Shown: piece after piece, positions 27,146-36,581 of the stretch | How positions within the stretch are numbered: the first letter of the stretch is position 1 | Layout of the letters: each line of letters starts with the position of its first letter | DNA from: Candidatus Latescibacterota bacterium | Lineage (GTDB): Bacteria > Latescibacterota > UBA2968 > UBA8231 | Direction of reading: 5' to 3' | Length of the DNA stretch: 64,000 nt | Assembly (NCBI GenBank): GCA_965203175.1 | Contig: OZ241867.1 | Location: 6,272,001 to 6,336,000, forward strand | Position numbers and translations under genes: made by a program | The notes under the pieces: generated by a model | What the model saw: only the letters and a program-made list of their open reading frames with translations | What the model was told of the DNA's origin: nothing | Databases searched by the model: none

Positions 27146-27167
27146 GTTGCTTCCTTTCTCGTTTTTG

Positions 27168-28190
27168 TTAAGCGACGCATAAAAAATCATTCCCCTCTAC
27201 CATCCCCAATTCACCCAACGCCTCTCGAATCAGCGCCCGCGCTCCCCGCGACGCCACGGCCGCCAATAGAATCGGCCGCTCGTGACTCGTCCACCACATC
27301 GATAAGTCATCCGGCCCAACTACGGGCTTGCGCCGCAAGGTGCCGCCGATTCTCTTGGGCGCGATATCGACAAATACATCGGGAGCGCGGCCTTCGCGCT
27401 CCAAGTGTTTGGCGAGTCGACGACCGGTCTTGCCCGCGCCCCAGACGGCCAACCCATCCCGCTCTTGCAGCGGCCCGGCGCAAAGATAATGCGCTTTGGC
27501 GCGGAGAAAATTCTCCACTGAGTAGCGACCCTGCACGTGTGTGGCCCGCCGCGGATGCTCGCGCCAGTAGTGCAAGACCTCCGGCACCTTGGCAAAGCGC
27601 CGTCCCGCCGCCCGATAGCGCAACCACAGATCGTAGTCTTCTGGCCATCCCCGGTCTTGGTATCCCCCCAAGGCCACCAACTCCTCGCGGCGCATCATGG
27701 CCGATGGATTGGCGATGGGACTCTCAATAAAAAACTCTCGTTCAATCGCCGCGCTATCCACCAAGCCGTTCAACCAAGCCTCGTACACCAACATCCCCTC
27801 TCCGGTCTCCTCGCGCGGAAAGATCTCTACCAAACAGCTCACAACACTCAAGTTAGGATCCCCTTCCAACCACGCGAGTTGTTTTTCCAAGCGCTCGGGG
27901 TGCATCCGGTCGTCGGCGTCCATGCGCGCCACGTACGCGCCCCGACACAGGGCCAAGCCCCGATTAGGTGCCTCGACAATGCCTTGGTGGTCGGATAGCA
28001 ATGCCTTAAAGCGGCGGTCGCGGCGATTCCATTCCAAGAGCATGTCCCCACTCCCGTCCTCCGAGCCGTCGTCTATGGCCACTACCTCAAAGTCGTCGCA
28101 ACTCTGCGCTTGGATACTCTCTAGCGTTTCCGCTAGTGTAGCGGCCGCATTGAACACGGGCAATAGAACCGATACGCGGGGCGTTTTCAT
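27168..28190 (-). CDS. GT2 glycosyltransferase with C-terminal Rossmann-like extension
   Basis: VSVLLPVFN, IDDGSED, ARMDADD, PEDYDLWLR; C-terminal VWGAGKTG. Confidence 0.85.
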   Translation of the reverse strand: MKTPRVSVLLPVFNAAATLAETLESIQAQSCDDFEVVAIDDGSEDGSGDMLLEWNRRDRRFKALLSDHQGIVEAPNRGLALCRGAYVARMDADDRMHPERLEKQLAWLEGDPNLSVVSCLVEIFPREETGEGMLVYEAWLNGLVDSAAIEREFFIESPIANPSAMMRREELVALGGYQDRGWPEDYDLWLRYRAAGRRFAKVPEVLHYWREHPRRATHVQGRYSVENFLRAKAHYLCAGPLQERDGLAVWGAGKTGRRLAKHLEREGRAPDVFVDIAPKRIGGTLRRKPVVGPDDLSMWWTSHERPILLAAVASRGARALIREALGELGMVEGNDFLCVA

Positions 28191-28247
28191 AATTGCAAGT
28201 TATAAGAGCTTGACATTTTTTCGCTCAATGCCCGATTTTTAATTCCT

Positions 28248-29009
28248 ATGATACATCTCAAATCGCCCTTGGAAATCGACCGCATCCGCGCCAGTTGCCG
28301 CATCGCCGCCGAAGCCATGCTCCGCGTCGAAGAAGCCCTCGCGCCCGGGGTCACCACCCTTCACCTCGACCAAATAGCGGACCGCTACATCCGCAGCCAA
28401 GGGGCCGTCGCCAGTGCCTTGGGCTACCGCGGCTTCCCCCGCAGCATTTGCGTCTCGGTCAATGACGAAGTCGTCCACGGCATCCCCGGAGACCGCGTCC
28501 TGCAAGAGGGAGATATCCTCGCCGTTGACATTGCTGTTAAAAAGGATGGCTTTCACGGCGATATGAACGTCACCATGAAAGCCGGCTGCGTGACCTCTGA
28601 GGCTCAGCGCCTGCTCGACGCTACGCGTCAAAGCTTGGAGGAGGGATTGGCTGCCTGCACACCAGGACGCCGCCTCGGCGACATTGGCCACGCCATCCAA
28701 AGCTATGTCGAAGCGCGCGGCTTTTCCATCGTGCGCGAATACTGCGGCCACGGCATTGGCCGCAATTTCCACGAGGAACCGCAACTGCTCCACTACGGCA
28801 AGGCCGGCACGGGCCGCCGCCTGCAAAACGGCATGGTCTTCACCATCGAGCCAATGGTCAACGAAGGCGCGCACGACACGCGCGTGCTCGACGACGACTG
28901 GACGGCTGTCACCGCCGACGGCAAGCTCTCGGCTCAATACGAGCACACCGTGGCCGTCACCAACGACGGGCCGGCCGTGCTGTCGCGCTTTGACGATTTG
29001 CCGTACTGA
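28248..29009 (+). CDS. map: Methionine aminopeptidase type I
   Basis: ICVSVNDEVVHGIP, GFHGD, YCGHGIG, FHEEP, TIEPM, SAQYEHT. Confidence 0.95.
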   Translation: MIHLKSPLEIDRIRASCRIAAEAMLRVEEALAPGVTTLHLDQIADRYIRSQGAVASALGYRGFPRSICVSVNDEVVHGIPGDRVLQEGDILAVDIAVKKDGFHGDMNVTMKAGCVTSEAQRLLDATRQSLEEGLAACTPGRRLGDIGHAIQSYVEARGFSIVREYCGHGIGRNFHEEPQLLHYGKAGTGRRLQNGMVFTIEPMVNEGAHDTRVLDDDWTAVTADGKLSAQYEHTVAVTNDGPAVLSRFDDLPY

Positions 29010-29066
29010 GCTTGCTCAGCGGCGGCATTTTCTTATTTTTTGAGTCCATTTCACAAGGAGAACAAC

Positions 29067-29360
29067 ATGGCAAGACCAAAAAAAGTCCAATCCAACGGCG
29101 ACGACGACAACGCTGAATTTTCGTTTGACCCCGGCACGCAGATCGAGCTAGAGATGGAAGACACCTGCTGCATCACTGGCGAGCCCGTCGGATTCAGCTT
29201 TTGTCGCTTCCCCGACTACAAAAATGGCACTATGATGGTCATGTCCAAAAGCGTGATGCTTGAGCACCTACGCGCTGGCGACTCCATCGCTACGTTCAAA
29301 GAAGTGCTAGTCAAGCGTCACGGCAAGACAGTCTTAAAAGAGCACTACTCAAACCACTAG
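29067..29360 (+). CDS. Small hypothetical protein
   Basis: AAGGAG RBS before ATG 29067; followed by a terminator. Confidence 0.7.
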   Translation: MARPKKVQSNGDDDNAEFSFDPGTQIELEMEDTCCITGEPVGFSFCRFPDYKNGTMMVMSKSVMLEHLRAGDSIATFKEVLVKRHGKTVLKEHYSNH

Positions 29361-29382
29361 GCAACGCGCAACACCTACCTGT

Positions 29383-29422
29383 AAAAGAAGGGATGGTCCT
29401 ACTGCGGACCATCCCTTCTTTT
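29383..29422. terminator. Bidirectional intrinsic terminator
   Basis: aaaagaagggatggtcc-tactgc-ggaccatcccttctttt, a perfect inverted repeat between convergent genes. Confidence 0.85.
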
Positions 29423-29438
29423 GCTATGTGCCGACGTC

Positions 29439-30020
29439 TTACGAGCGGGCCAACAGGGTCTCGATATCCTCGCCTAATACCCCGCGGGGATTGGGCCGGC
29501 CGCTCCTATCGCGCGGTACGCCTAAGTGCGTCTTGTACACGCGGCCTTCGCGATCAAAAATAAAGGTGAGTGGCACGGGCACAGTCGCCAAATTCTCTTT
29601 GTAAAAGGCGCGGAGCAACTCGTATTGGCCGTCGTGAACCACTGGGTAGTTGATAGCCAAGCGCTCGACGAACTCGCCTATTAGGGGTAGGACGCGCTCG
29701 GTGGGGCCTTGATCTAGGGAAATGCCAATGATCGCTACCTGCTCGGGATCGTAATCATTGCTCATCTCGACCAAGGCTGGGATCTCGTAGCGGCACGGGC
29801 CGCACCAAGTCGCCCAAAAGTTAACCAAGACGATCTTGCCCTCGTAATCGCGCAAATCCACGCTCCGGCCCTGATAGTCGCTCCACTTAGTAGACTGCGG
29901 GGGGAAAAGCTTGTCTCCTCGCGGCTCGGGGGAGTCACAGCTCAGCGCTAGGAATGCCAACCCACTCACAAACCCTTTGATCGCCATTGCGCGCATAGCA
30001 GCAGTACGTCTTGTATTCAA
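29439..30020 (-). CDS. TlpA/ResA-family thiol-disulfide oxidoreductase, probable lipoprotein
   Basis: LVNFWATWCGPC; lipobox-like LALSC. The true start may be slightly downstream. Confidence 0.88.
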   Translation of the reverse strand: MNTRRTAAMRAMAIKGFVSGLAFLALSCDSPEPRGDKLFPPQSTKWSDYQGRSVDLRDYEGKIVLVNFWATWCGPCRYEIPALVEMSNDYDPEQVAIIGISLDQGPTERVLPLIGEFVERLAINYPVVHDGQYELLRAFYKENLATVPVPLTFIFDREGRVYKTHLGVPRDRSGRPNPRGVLGEDIETLLARS

Positions 30021-33000
30021 CTGGAACGGCGTAAACCCACGGGCGCTTGCACCTTGGGCGTTAGCTGGGTGGATCGGGGGCCGATCAACTCCTCAATGCC
30101 GCGCAGCAAATCGTCACAGGGATCGACGCGAATCGTCTTCGAGCGCACCATTTTGTCCTGCTCGTCGCCGTTTTTGAGCTGGAGCCACAGCTCGCAATCG
30201 CCCATGTGACGCTCGCAGAGGCGGCGCAGTCGGCTGAGCAGGGGGTCGCCCACTTTCTGGTAGGGCAGCGACAAGGTGACGGATTTGGTCAGTTCCGCTC
30301 GCGCCGATTTGAGGGGTAGGGCGCGGTCGGCCTGCAGACTAAGGCGTCCGTTGCGCTCGCAGACGCGGCCCTCTACGAGGATGGTTTCGCCTTCCACGAG
30401 TAACTGTTGGTGATTGGCGAAGGCTTCGGCGAAAAACGCGATATCGCCCGTGTCGTTGAGGTCTTTGAGCGTGACAAAGGCAAAGGAATTGCCGCGGCGG
30501 TCGAAGAGCTTGCGCACCTCCTCGACTAGGCCGCCGACCCGCAGTGGCGTGCCATCGTGCTGCCCCTCTATCTCGCTTAAGGGCTGAGCAAAGTTTTTTA
30601 GGTCGCGGGCGTAGGGCTTGAGCGGATGGCTGGAAATATAGAAGCCCAACAGGTCGCGTTCCTTGGCCAGTTTCTCGCGCTCGGACCACTCCTCGACTTC
30701 GGGCAGTTCCTGCACCACCAACTCGGACGAGTCGCCGCCGTCGAAGAGGCTGATCTGCCCCTTCTCGCGGTCTTCCTGGGCCTTGCCTGCGGCCTTTAAC
30801 GCCAGCTCTAGTGCCTCCATTTTCTGTGCGCGATGACCTTCAAGACCGTCCAATGCCCCAGCAGCAATCAGACTCTCGACCACGCGCCGGTTGACTGCGC
30901 GCAAGTCGATGCGCTCGCAGAATTCGAACAGGGTAGTAAAAGGCCCATCGGCAATCCGCGTATCGACCATGCTCTGCGCCGCACCCTCGCCGACGTTTTT
31001 GATTGCCGCCAAGCCATAGCGAATGCCCTCGTCCGTCGGCGTAAAGTTGAGCGTACTCTGGTTGACGTCCGGCGGCAGGACGGGGATGCCCATGCGGTGG
31101 CATTCGTCGAGCAAGACGGTCAGCCGATCCGTATCTTTGCGTTCAAGAGTCAGGCTGGCGGCCATGTACTCTTGGGGGTGATGGGTCTTGAGATACGCAT
31201 TTTTGTACGCGCCCTCGGCATAGCAGGCCGCGTGCGCCTTGTTGAAGCCATAGCCGGCAAAAATCTCGATCTCGCCAAACAGCTTGTTGGCCAATGCCCT
31301 TTCTACCCCGTGTGCGACGCAGCCGCCGACGAAGTCTTTTTTCACCTTGGCCATTTCCTCGGGTTTTTTCTTGCCCATTGCCTTGCGCAAAATATCGGCT
31401 TGGCCGAGGGTAAAACCGGCCAACTCTTGGGCAATGCGCATGACCTGCTCCTGATAGACCATGACCCCATAGGTCGGCTCCAAAATCGACTCTAACTTGG
31501 GGTGGTCGTAGGAGACGGCCTCTTCGCCGTGCTTGCGGGCGATGAAGGTCGGGATCTTGTCCATCGGCCCCGGGCGATAGAGGGCATTCATGGCGATAAT
31601 GTCTTCGATGGTGTCCGGCTTAAACTTGCTCAGATATTCGCGCATCCCCGCGGATTCAAACTGGAAAACGCCAATCGTCTCGCCGCGGCCGAACAAGTCG
31701 AAAGTGGCCCGGTCGTCCCACGGAATGGCTTCCAAATCAAAGTCCGGCTCCTCGAGTTGAATCAGCCGCACGGCCTCCTCGACCAGTGACAGCTCCTTCA
31801 AGCCCAAGATGTCCATCTTCAGCAGGCCGATGTCCATACAAGTCTCGCCGACGAACTGGGTGGTTATTCTACCGTCTTTGGGGGAGCGATAGAGCGGCAC
31901 GTAGTCGGTCAGTTCACCGGGAGCGATGATGACCGCGCAGGCGTGGACCGAGGCGTGACGCGCCATGCCCTCCAACCTGCGGGCGTATTCGATCAGCTTG
32001 CCTTCGTCGCCGGGCGCTTGGGCCACCTGCTGCAGTTCGGGCACCCGCTCGATGGCCTTGTCGAGGGTAATTTTCAGTTCGGTCGGCACCTGCTTGGCGA
32101 TGCGGTCCACCTCGCCAAAGGGCATCCCCAAAACCCGCCCGACGTCGCGCACCACCGCTTTAGCCCCCAAAGTTCCAAACGTGATGACCTGTGAGACATT
32201 GTCCTTGCCGTACTTATCCACTACATAGCGCAGCACCTCGTCGCGCCGGGTATCGTCAAAATCAATGTCGATATCGGGCGGCTCAATGCGCTCGGGATTG
32301 AGAAAGCGCTCGAAGATCAGGTCGTACTTGATGGGATCTATATTGGTAATGCCGAGGCAATACGAAGCCAAGCAGCCGGCGGCCGAGCCGCGCCCCGGCC
32401 CCACGGAAATGCCCTGATTACGGGCGTGGTTGACAAGGTCCCAGACGATGAGGAAGTAGCCGGAAAAATCCTGACTGGTGATGATGCTTAGCTCGTAGTC
32501 GAGCCGCTCCTGCACGGCCGGATCGACGGTGCCGTAGCGCCGCTCCAAACCCTCCCGCGCCAGCTGCGTCAGATAGTCGTCGCTGGAAGCGTAGCCAGAC
32601 GGGATCGGAAAATCCGGCATATAGGTTTTCCCGAACTCGAGCTCGACGTTGCACTTGTCGGCAATTTCGAGGGTCCGCTCCAGCGCATCGGGCAAATCCG
32701 CAAATAGCGTTTGCATCTCTGCGGGACTCTTCATGTAGAGTCCGTCGGGATAGCACAGGCGATTCTTCTCGTCAACCGTCTTGTTGGTCTGAATGCAAAT
32801 CAGGGCGTCGTGGGCGTCGTGGTCGGTGGCGCGGAGAAAGTGGAAATCGTTGGTGGCCACCAGCGGCACTCCCAGCTTGCGGTGCAGCTTGAGCAGGCCG
32901 TCGTTCACCTTGGCTTCGGGGTCGATGTCGTGGCGCTGGATTTCCAAGTAGTAGTCGTCGCCGAAGAGGTCCATAAACTCGCGGGCGACCTTTTCGGCTG

Positions 33001-33472
33001 CGGCTAGCCCTTCGCGCTGGATCAGGTGCGGAATCTCGCCGCCTATGCAGGCCGACATGCAGATTAGGCCCTCGGCGTGTTCGCGCAAAAGCTCCTTATC
33101 GATGCGGGGATTGTAGTAGTAGCCTTCGAGATAGCCCTTGGAGACGAGCTTAGTCAGATTGCGATAGCCGGTGGCGTCTTTGGCCAGCAAAACCAGGTGG
33201 TTGGAGGCGTGCGTTAGGCCGCGGGCGGCTTGGCGCGAGTGGCGACTATCAATCGCCACATAAACTTCGCAGCCGATGATGGGCTTAATGCCAGCGTCTT
33301 GGCAGGCCCTGTAGTGCTCAATGACACCGAAGAGGCTGCCGTGATCTGTGATAGCCAAGGCAGGCATGCCCTGCTCGGCCGCCAACTCGGCCATCTCGCC
33401 GATCCGACATGCTCCGTCGAGCAGGCTGTATTCGCTGTGACCGTGTAAATGGACGAAATCAGCCGAAGCCAT
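30017..33472 (-). CDS. dnaE: DNA polymerase III alpha subunit
   Basis: FVHLHGHSEYSLLDGA (PHP domain), GRGSAAG, PDIDIDF, GYGFNKAH, C-terminal OB fold; GGAGG RBS. Confidence 0.97.
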   Translation of the reverse strand: MASADFVHLHGHSEYSLLDGACRIGEMAELAAEQGMPALAITDHGSLFGVIEHYRACQDAGIKPIIGCEVYVAIDSRHSRQAARGLTHASNHLVLLAKDATGYRNLTKLVSKGYLEGYYYNPRIDKELLREHAEGLICMSACIGGEIPHLIQREGLAAAEKVAREFMDLFGDDYYLEIQRHDIDPEAKVNDGLLKLHRKLGVPLVATNDFHFLRATDHDAHDALICIQTNKTVDEKNRLCYPDGLYMKSPAEMQTLFADLPDALERTLEIADKCNVELEFGKTYMPDFPIPSGYASSDDYLTQLAREGLERRYGTVDPAVQERLDYELSIITSQDFSGYFLIVWDLVNHARNQGISVGPGRGSAAGCLASYCLGITNIDPIKYDLIFERFLNPERIEPPDIDIDFDDTRRDEVLRYVVDKYGKDNVSQVITFGTLGAKAVVRDVGRVLGMPFGEVDRIAKQVPTELKITLDKAIERVPELQQVAQAPGDEGKLIEYARRLEGMARHASVHACAVIIAPGELTDYVPLYRSPKDGRITTQFVGETCMDIGLLKMDILGLKELSLVEEAVRLIQLEEPDFDLEAIPWDDRATFDLFGRGETIGVFQFESAGMREYLSKFKPDTIEDIIAMNALYRPGPMDKIPTFIARKHGEEAVSYDHPKLESILEPTYGVMVYQEQVMRIAQELAGFTLGQADILRKAMGKKKPEEMAKVKKDFVGGCVAHGVERALANKLFGEIEIFAGYGFNKAHAACYAEGAYKNAYLKTHHPQEYMAASLTLERKDTDRLTVLLDECHRMGIPVLPPDVNQSTLNFTPTDEGIRYGLAAIKNVGEGAAQSMVDTRIADGPFTTLFEFCERIDLRAVNRRVVESLIAAGALDGLEGHRAQKMEALELALKAAGKAQEDREKGQISLFDGGDSSELVVQELPEVEEWSEREKLAKERDLLGFYISSHPLKPYARDLKNFAQPLSEIEGQHDGTPLRVGGLVEEVRKLFDRRGNSFAFVTLKDLNDTGDIAFFAEAFANHQQLLVEGETILVEGRVCERNGRLSLQADRALPLKSARAELTKSVTLSLPYQKVGDPLLSRLRRLCERHMGDCELWLQLKNGDEQDKMVRSKTIRVDPCDDLLRGIEELIGPRSTQLTPKVQAPVGLRRSS

Positions 33473-33574
33473 GACCACCTCCGCTACCTGTATGCGCTAG
33501 AAAAACCTCTGGACTTAGAAAGCACGACCGAACAACGGGCCAAACTGCCTGGGGAAGGGCATCGCCTCGGGTGA

Positions 33575-33603
33575 AGCATAGCCAATTCAAAAGGGGATGT
33601 CAA
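33575..33603 (-). promoter_or_regulatory. Putative sigma70 promoter for dnaE
   Basis: TTGACA-N17-TATGCT on the - strand. Confidence 0.6.
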
Positions 33604-33765
33604 TGGTCTACAGAAGAGATTATTTTTCATAACATATTATTATTATTTTATTTACAAAAAGAGAAATTTGTTGTACACCGCTGACAAAAAGACCACCTGC
33701 ACGGCGAACTTGTCTCTGAAAATAGACCGGTCTATCTTTGATTTTTTTCCAAGGAGATATATCTG

Positions 33766-34014
33766 ATGATCGACCAAGAATTGTTGGCAATTCTCGCCTG
33801 CCCCGAGACTAAAGAGCCGGTCGCGCTCGCCGAGGAAGAACTCATTGCCGAACTCAACAGCCGCATTGCGCGCGGGGAAGTCAAGAATCGGGCCGGTAAA
33901 ACCGTAGAAGGCAAGATCGACGGCGGCCTAGTGCGCGCAGATGGCGCGTACCTCTATCCGATCCAAGACGAAATCCCCATCCTGCTTCTCGACGAGGCCA
34001 TTCCCCTTCACTAG
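33766..34014 (+). CDS. Trm112 family protein
   Basis: ILACPETK...YPIQDEIPILLLDEA; AAGGAG RBS. Confidence 0.85.
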   Translation: MIDQELLAILACPETKEPVALAEEELIAELNSRIARGEVKNRAGKTVEGKIDGGLVRADGAYLYPIQDEIPILLLDEAIPLH

Positions 34015-34032
34015 CGCCTGCCGCGTCCGCAC

Positions 34033-34065
34033 AAAAAAAGGGACTGTGCGCTTGCACAATCCCTT
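34033..34065 (-). terminator. Intrinsic terminator downstream of tRNA-Leu
   Basis: - strand reads aagggattgtgc-aagc-gcacagtccc followed by T7. Confidence 0.75.
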
Positions 34066-34075
34066 CAACTTACAA

Positions 34076-34160
34076 TGGTGCCGAAGCGGGGATTCGAACC
34101 CCGACGCCCGAAGGCACTGCCCCCTCAAGACAGCGTGTCTACCAATTTCACCACTTCGGC
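34076..34160 (-). tRNA. tRNA-Leu (GAG)
   Basis: GCCGAAGTGGTGAAATTGGTAGACACGCTGTCTTGAGGGGGCAGTGCCTTCGGGCGTCGGGGTTCGAATCCCCGCTTCGGCACCA; long variable arm; follows secG as is common. Confidence 0.95.
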
Positions 34161-34180
34161 ACAAAAACTAGGCTAGCTTG

Positions 34181-34570
34181 CTACTGAGCCTCGGTCGGCG
34201 GCTCCTCAGCAGTCGAGGTCTCAGCTGCCTCTTCCTGCTCGCCCAGCAGGTGCTCTGCTTCCGGGATGGCGGGCACTGGCATCGCCTGTTCCTCTACCAT
34301 CGTCCGTTGCGTCGCTGTCGTCGGAGTAGTCTCGGCCGTCTGAAAGGCAACCGACTGCACCAAACAGCTAAGCATAAAGGCCGTGGCCAAAACGGTCGTG
34401 GCCTTGGTCAGAAACGTGGCTGCAGTGCGCCCGCCCAATACGGAGGAAGAGGCCAAGCCACCGCCGATCGATCCGGCCAAGCCGCCCCCTTTGCCCGCCT
34501 GCAAGAGCACGGTCACGACTAGGAGCACGCAAATCAGCACGTGAAAAATCGTAAATAGAATTTCAAACAT
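34181..34570 (-). CDS. secG: Preprotein translocase subunit SecG
   Basis: VLLQAGKGGGLAGSIGGG...FLTKAT; lies between tpiA and tRNA-Leu. Confidence 0.93.
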   Translation of the reverse strand: MFEILFTIFHVLICVLLVVTVLLQAGKGGGLAGSIGGGLASSSVLGGRTAATFLTKATTVLATAFMLSCLVQSVAFQTAETTPTTATQRTMVEEQAMPVPAIPEAEHLLGEQEEAAETSTAEEPPTEAQ

Positions 34571-34620
34571 AATTTTGTGATGGTTTTAGTTAGTAACTAG
34601 AGATAGAAATAAATTTAAGG

Positions 34621-35373
34621 CTAAAGGGCGGCCTTCACAATAGCGGCAAACTGTCCTGCGTCCAGTGCGGCACCGCCGATCAAGCCCCCATCGATGTTGT
34701 CTTGGGCCAAGAGCTCGGCTGCGTTTTCGGGCTTGACGCTGCCGCCGTACTGGATGCGCACTTCGTCGGCGGCTGCTTTTCCCAAGTGTTCCGCAAGGAA
34801 GTGGCGGATCATCGCATGCACCTCTTCGGCTTGCGCGGCCGTTGCCGTCACACCGGTGCCAATCGCCCAAACCGGCTCGTACGCCCACAGCACCGCCCTA
34901 GCTGCGCTCGCCTCAATCCCGGCTAGGGCACCGCCCACTTGGCCGAGGATGACCTCCTCAATTCGGTTGGCTTCGCGCTCTTGCAGGGTCTCGCCAACGC
35001 AGACGATCGGGCACAGGTCGGCTTGGAGGGCACAGGTTAGCTTGCGGTTGACCAGCGAGTCGTCCTCGCCGCAAAACTGCCTTCGCTCGGAGTGCCCTAG
35101 CAACACGTAAGAGCAACCAGCCTCCAAGAGCATATCGGCGGATATTTCCCCGGTGAAAGCTCCCTGCCGCTCCCAGTGCATGTTCTGGGCCCCCAGCCCA
35201 ATGGCGCTGTCGGCAAGGACGGCGCGCACGGCTTGCAGGCTAGTGAAAGGCGGACAAATCACGACTTCTACGTCGAGCCCCGCGACGAGCAGCTTGATTC
35301 CTTCGACCAACTCGACGGCCTCAGCAGCGGTCTTGTGCATCTTCCAGTTGCCAGCGACAATGGGTCGGCGCAT
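34621..35373 (-). CDS. tpiA: Triosephosphate isomerase
   Basis: AGNWKM, GHSERR, AYEPVWAIGTG, YGGSVKP. Confidence 0.97.
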   Translation of the reverse strand: MRRPIVAGNWKMHKTAAEAVELVEGIKLLVAGLDVEVVICPPFTSLQAVRAVLADSAIGLGAQNMHWERQGAFTGEISADMLLEAGCSYVLLGHSERRQFCGEDDSLVNRKLTCALQADLCPIVCVGETLQEREANRIEEVILGQVGGALAGIEASAARAVLWAYEPVWAIGTGVTATAAQAEEVHAMIRHFLAEHLGKAAADEVRIQYGGSVKPENAAELLAQDNIDGGLIGGAALDAGQFAAIVKAAL

Positions 35374-35374
35374 C

Positions 35375-36577
35375 TCAGCTTTCCTCGTCATCCAAGACCG
35401 CAACCCCGGGCAAGACCCGCCCACTCATGCACTCTAGCGAAGCCCCACCCCCAGTGGAGATGTGGGTCATCGCTTGGGCCAATCCGGCTTGGGTTACAGC
35501 TGCGGCCGTGTCCCCGCCGCCAATAATGCTCAACGCACCCTCGCGGGTGGCATCAGCTAGGGCTTGAACGATCTGTTGGGTACCCTGGGCAAAGGACTCC
35601 ATCTCGCAGACTCCGAGGGGGCCGTTCCACACTATGGTACCTCCCCGAACGATCTGGTCGGCGTAGCGCTGCCGGGTCTGGGGGCCGATGTCCATGCCCT
35701 GCCAACCGCGCGGTATGGCGTCGCGGGCGACCACTTGCGCTTGGGCGTCGGCAGCAAAGCGGTCGGCGACTACGCAATCTGCGGGAAGCTGGAGATCCAA
35801 TCTCTCATCTTCTACTCGGGTCAATAGCTGCCGGGCCGTATCTAGGCAATCCTCTTCGAGCAGCGAATCCCCGATCTCTAGCCCCATAGCTTTGAAAAAG
35901 GTATAGGCCATGCCACCACCGATGAGCAGGGCATCCACCTGGTTGAGCAAGTGCTCAATCAACTCGATCTTGCCCGAGATCTTGGCCCCTCCCAGAACGG
36001 CGATAAATGGCCGCTGCGGACGGCGCAGAGCCTCGTCGAGATAGGAAATTTCCCGCTCCATCAACAGGCCGCTGGCCCCCGCGCCCATACAACGCGGCAC
36101 CCCCTCGGTCGAGGCGTGGGCCCGGTGCGCCGCCCCAAAGGCATCGTTGACGTACACATCGCCCAACTCGGCCAATTGCTGGGCAAAAGTCCGCTCGTTT
36201 TGCTCCTCTTCCGGGTGGAAACGCACGTTCTCCAAGAGCAGGACCTGCCCCGGCTGCAAGGCAGCAGCTTGGGCCGCTACTTCGGCACCCACGCAGTCTA
36301 TAGCCATGCCCACCGCGCGTCCCAACAACTGGCTCAGGCGCTCGGCTACCGGAGCCAGAGACAGCGCCGGTACTCTCTGACCCTGGGGGCGACCCAAGTG
36401 CGACATCAGAATTACGGACGCACCCTGCGTCAACAAGTGCTCGACCGTTGGCAGGACTGCGCGAATCCGCGTGTCGTCAATGATCCGGCCAGCCTCGTCG
36501 AGCGGCACATTGAAATCCACTCGCACGAGAACCCGCTTGCCAGCTACATCGAGGTCCCTGATGGTGCGCTTGGCCAT
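35375..36577 (-). CDS. pgk: Phosphoglycerate kinase
   Basis: RVDFNVP, SHLGRP, NDAFGAAHRAHAS, GGGDT, STGGGASLE. Confidence 0.97.
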   Translation of the reverse strand: MAKRTIRDLDVAGKRVLVRVDFNVPLDEAGRIIDDTRIRAVLPTVEHLLTQGASVILMSHLGRPQGQRVPALSLAPVAERLSQLLGRAVGMAIDCVGAEVAAQAAALQPGQVLLLENVRFHPEEEQNERTFAQQLAELGDVYVNDAFGAAHRAHASTEGVPRCMGAGASGLLMEREISYLDEALRRPQRPFIAVLGGAKISGKIELIEHLLNQVDALLIGGGMAYTFFKAMGLEIGDSLLEEDCLDTARQLLTRVEDERLDLQLPADCVVADRFAADAQAQVVARDAIPRGWQGMDIGPQTRQRYADQIVRGGTIVWNGPLGVCEMESFAQGTQQIVQALADATREGALSIIGGGDTAAAVTQAGLAQAMTHISTGGGASLECMSGRVLPGVAVLDDEES

Positions 36578-36581
36578 GATA

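Noticed and set aside
28239-28946. 235-aa antisense ORF over map, and similar long shadow ORFs (8471-9328, 10337-11206, 43402-44448, 43533-44576, 54336-55127)
   Set aside because: They overlap well-supported genes on the other strand or frame; this is an expected artefact of high-GC codon bias.
30017-33472. Intein or split in dnaE
   Set aside because: The ~1150-aa length is normal and no intein motifs were seen.
33615-33670. Very AT-rich tract with a TTATGAAAAAT half-site on the - strand, considered as dif or oriC
   Set aside because: No XerC arm at 6-bp spacing and no DnaA boxes seen. It is better explained as an UP-element/promoter region between divergent dnaE and trm112.
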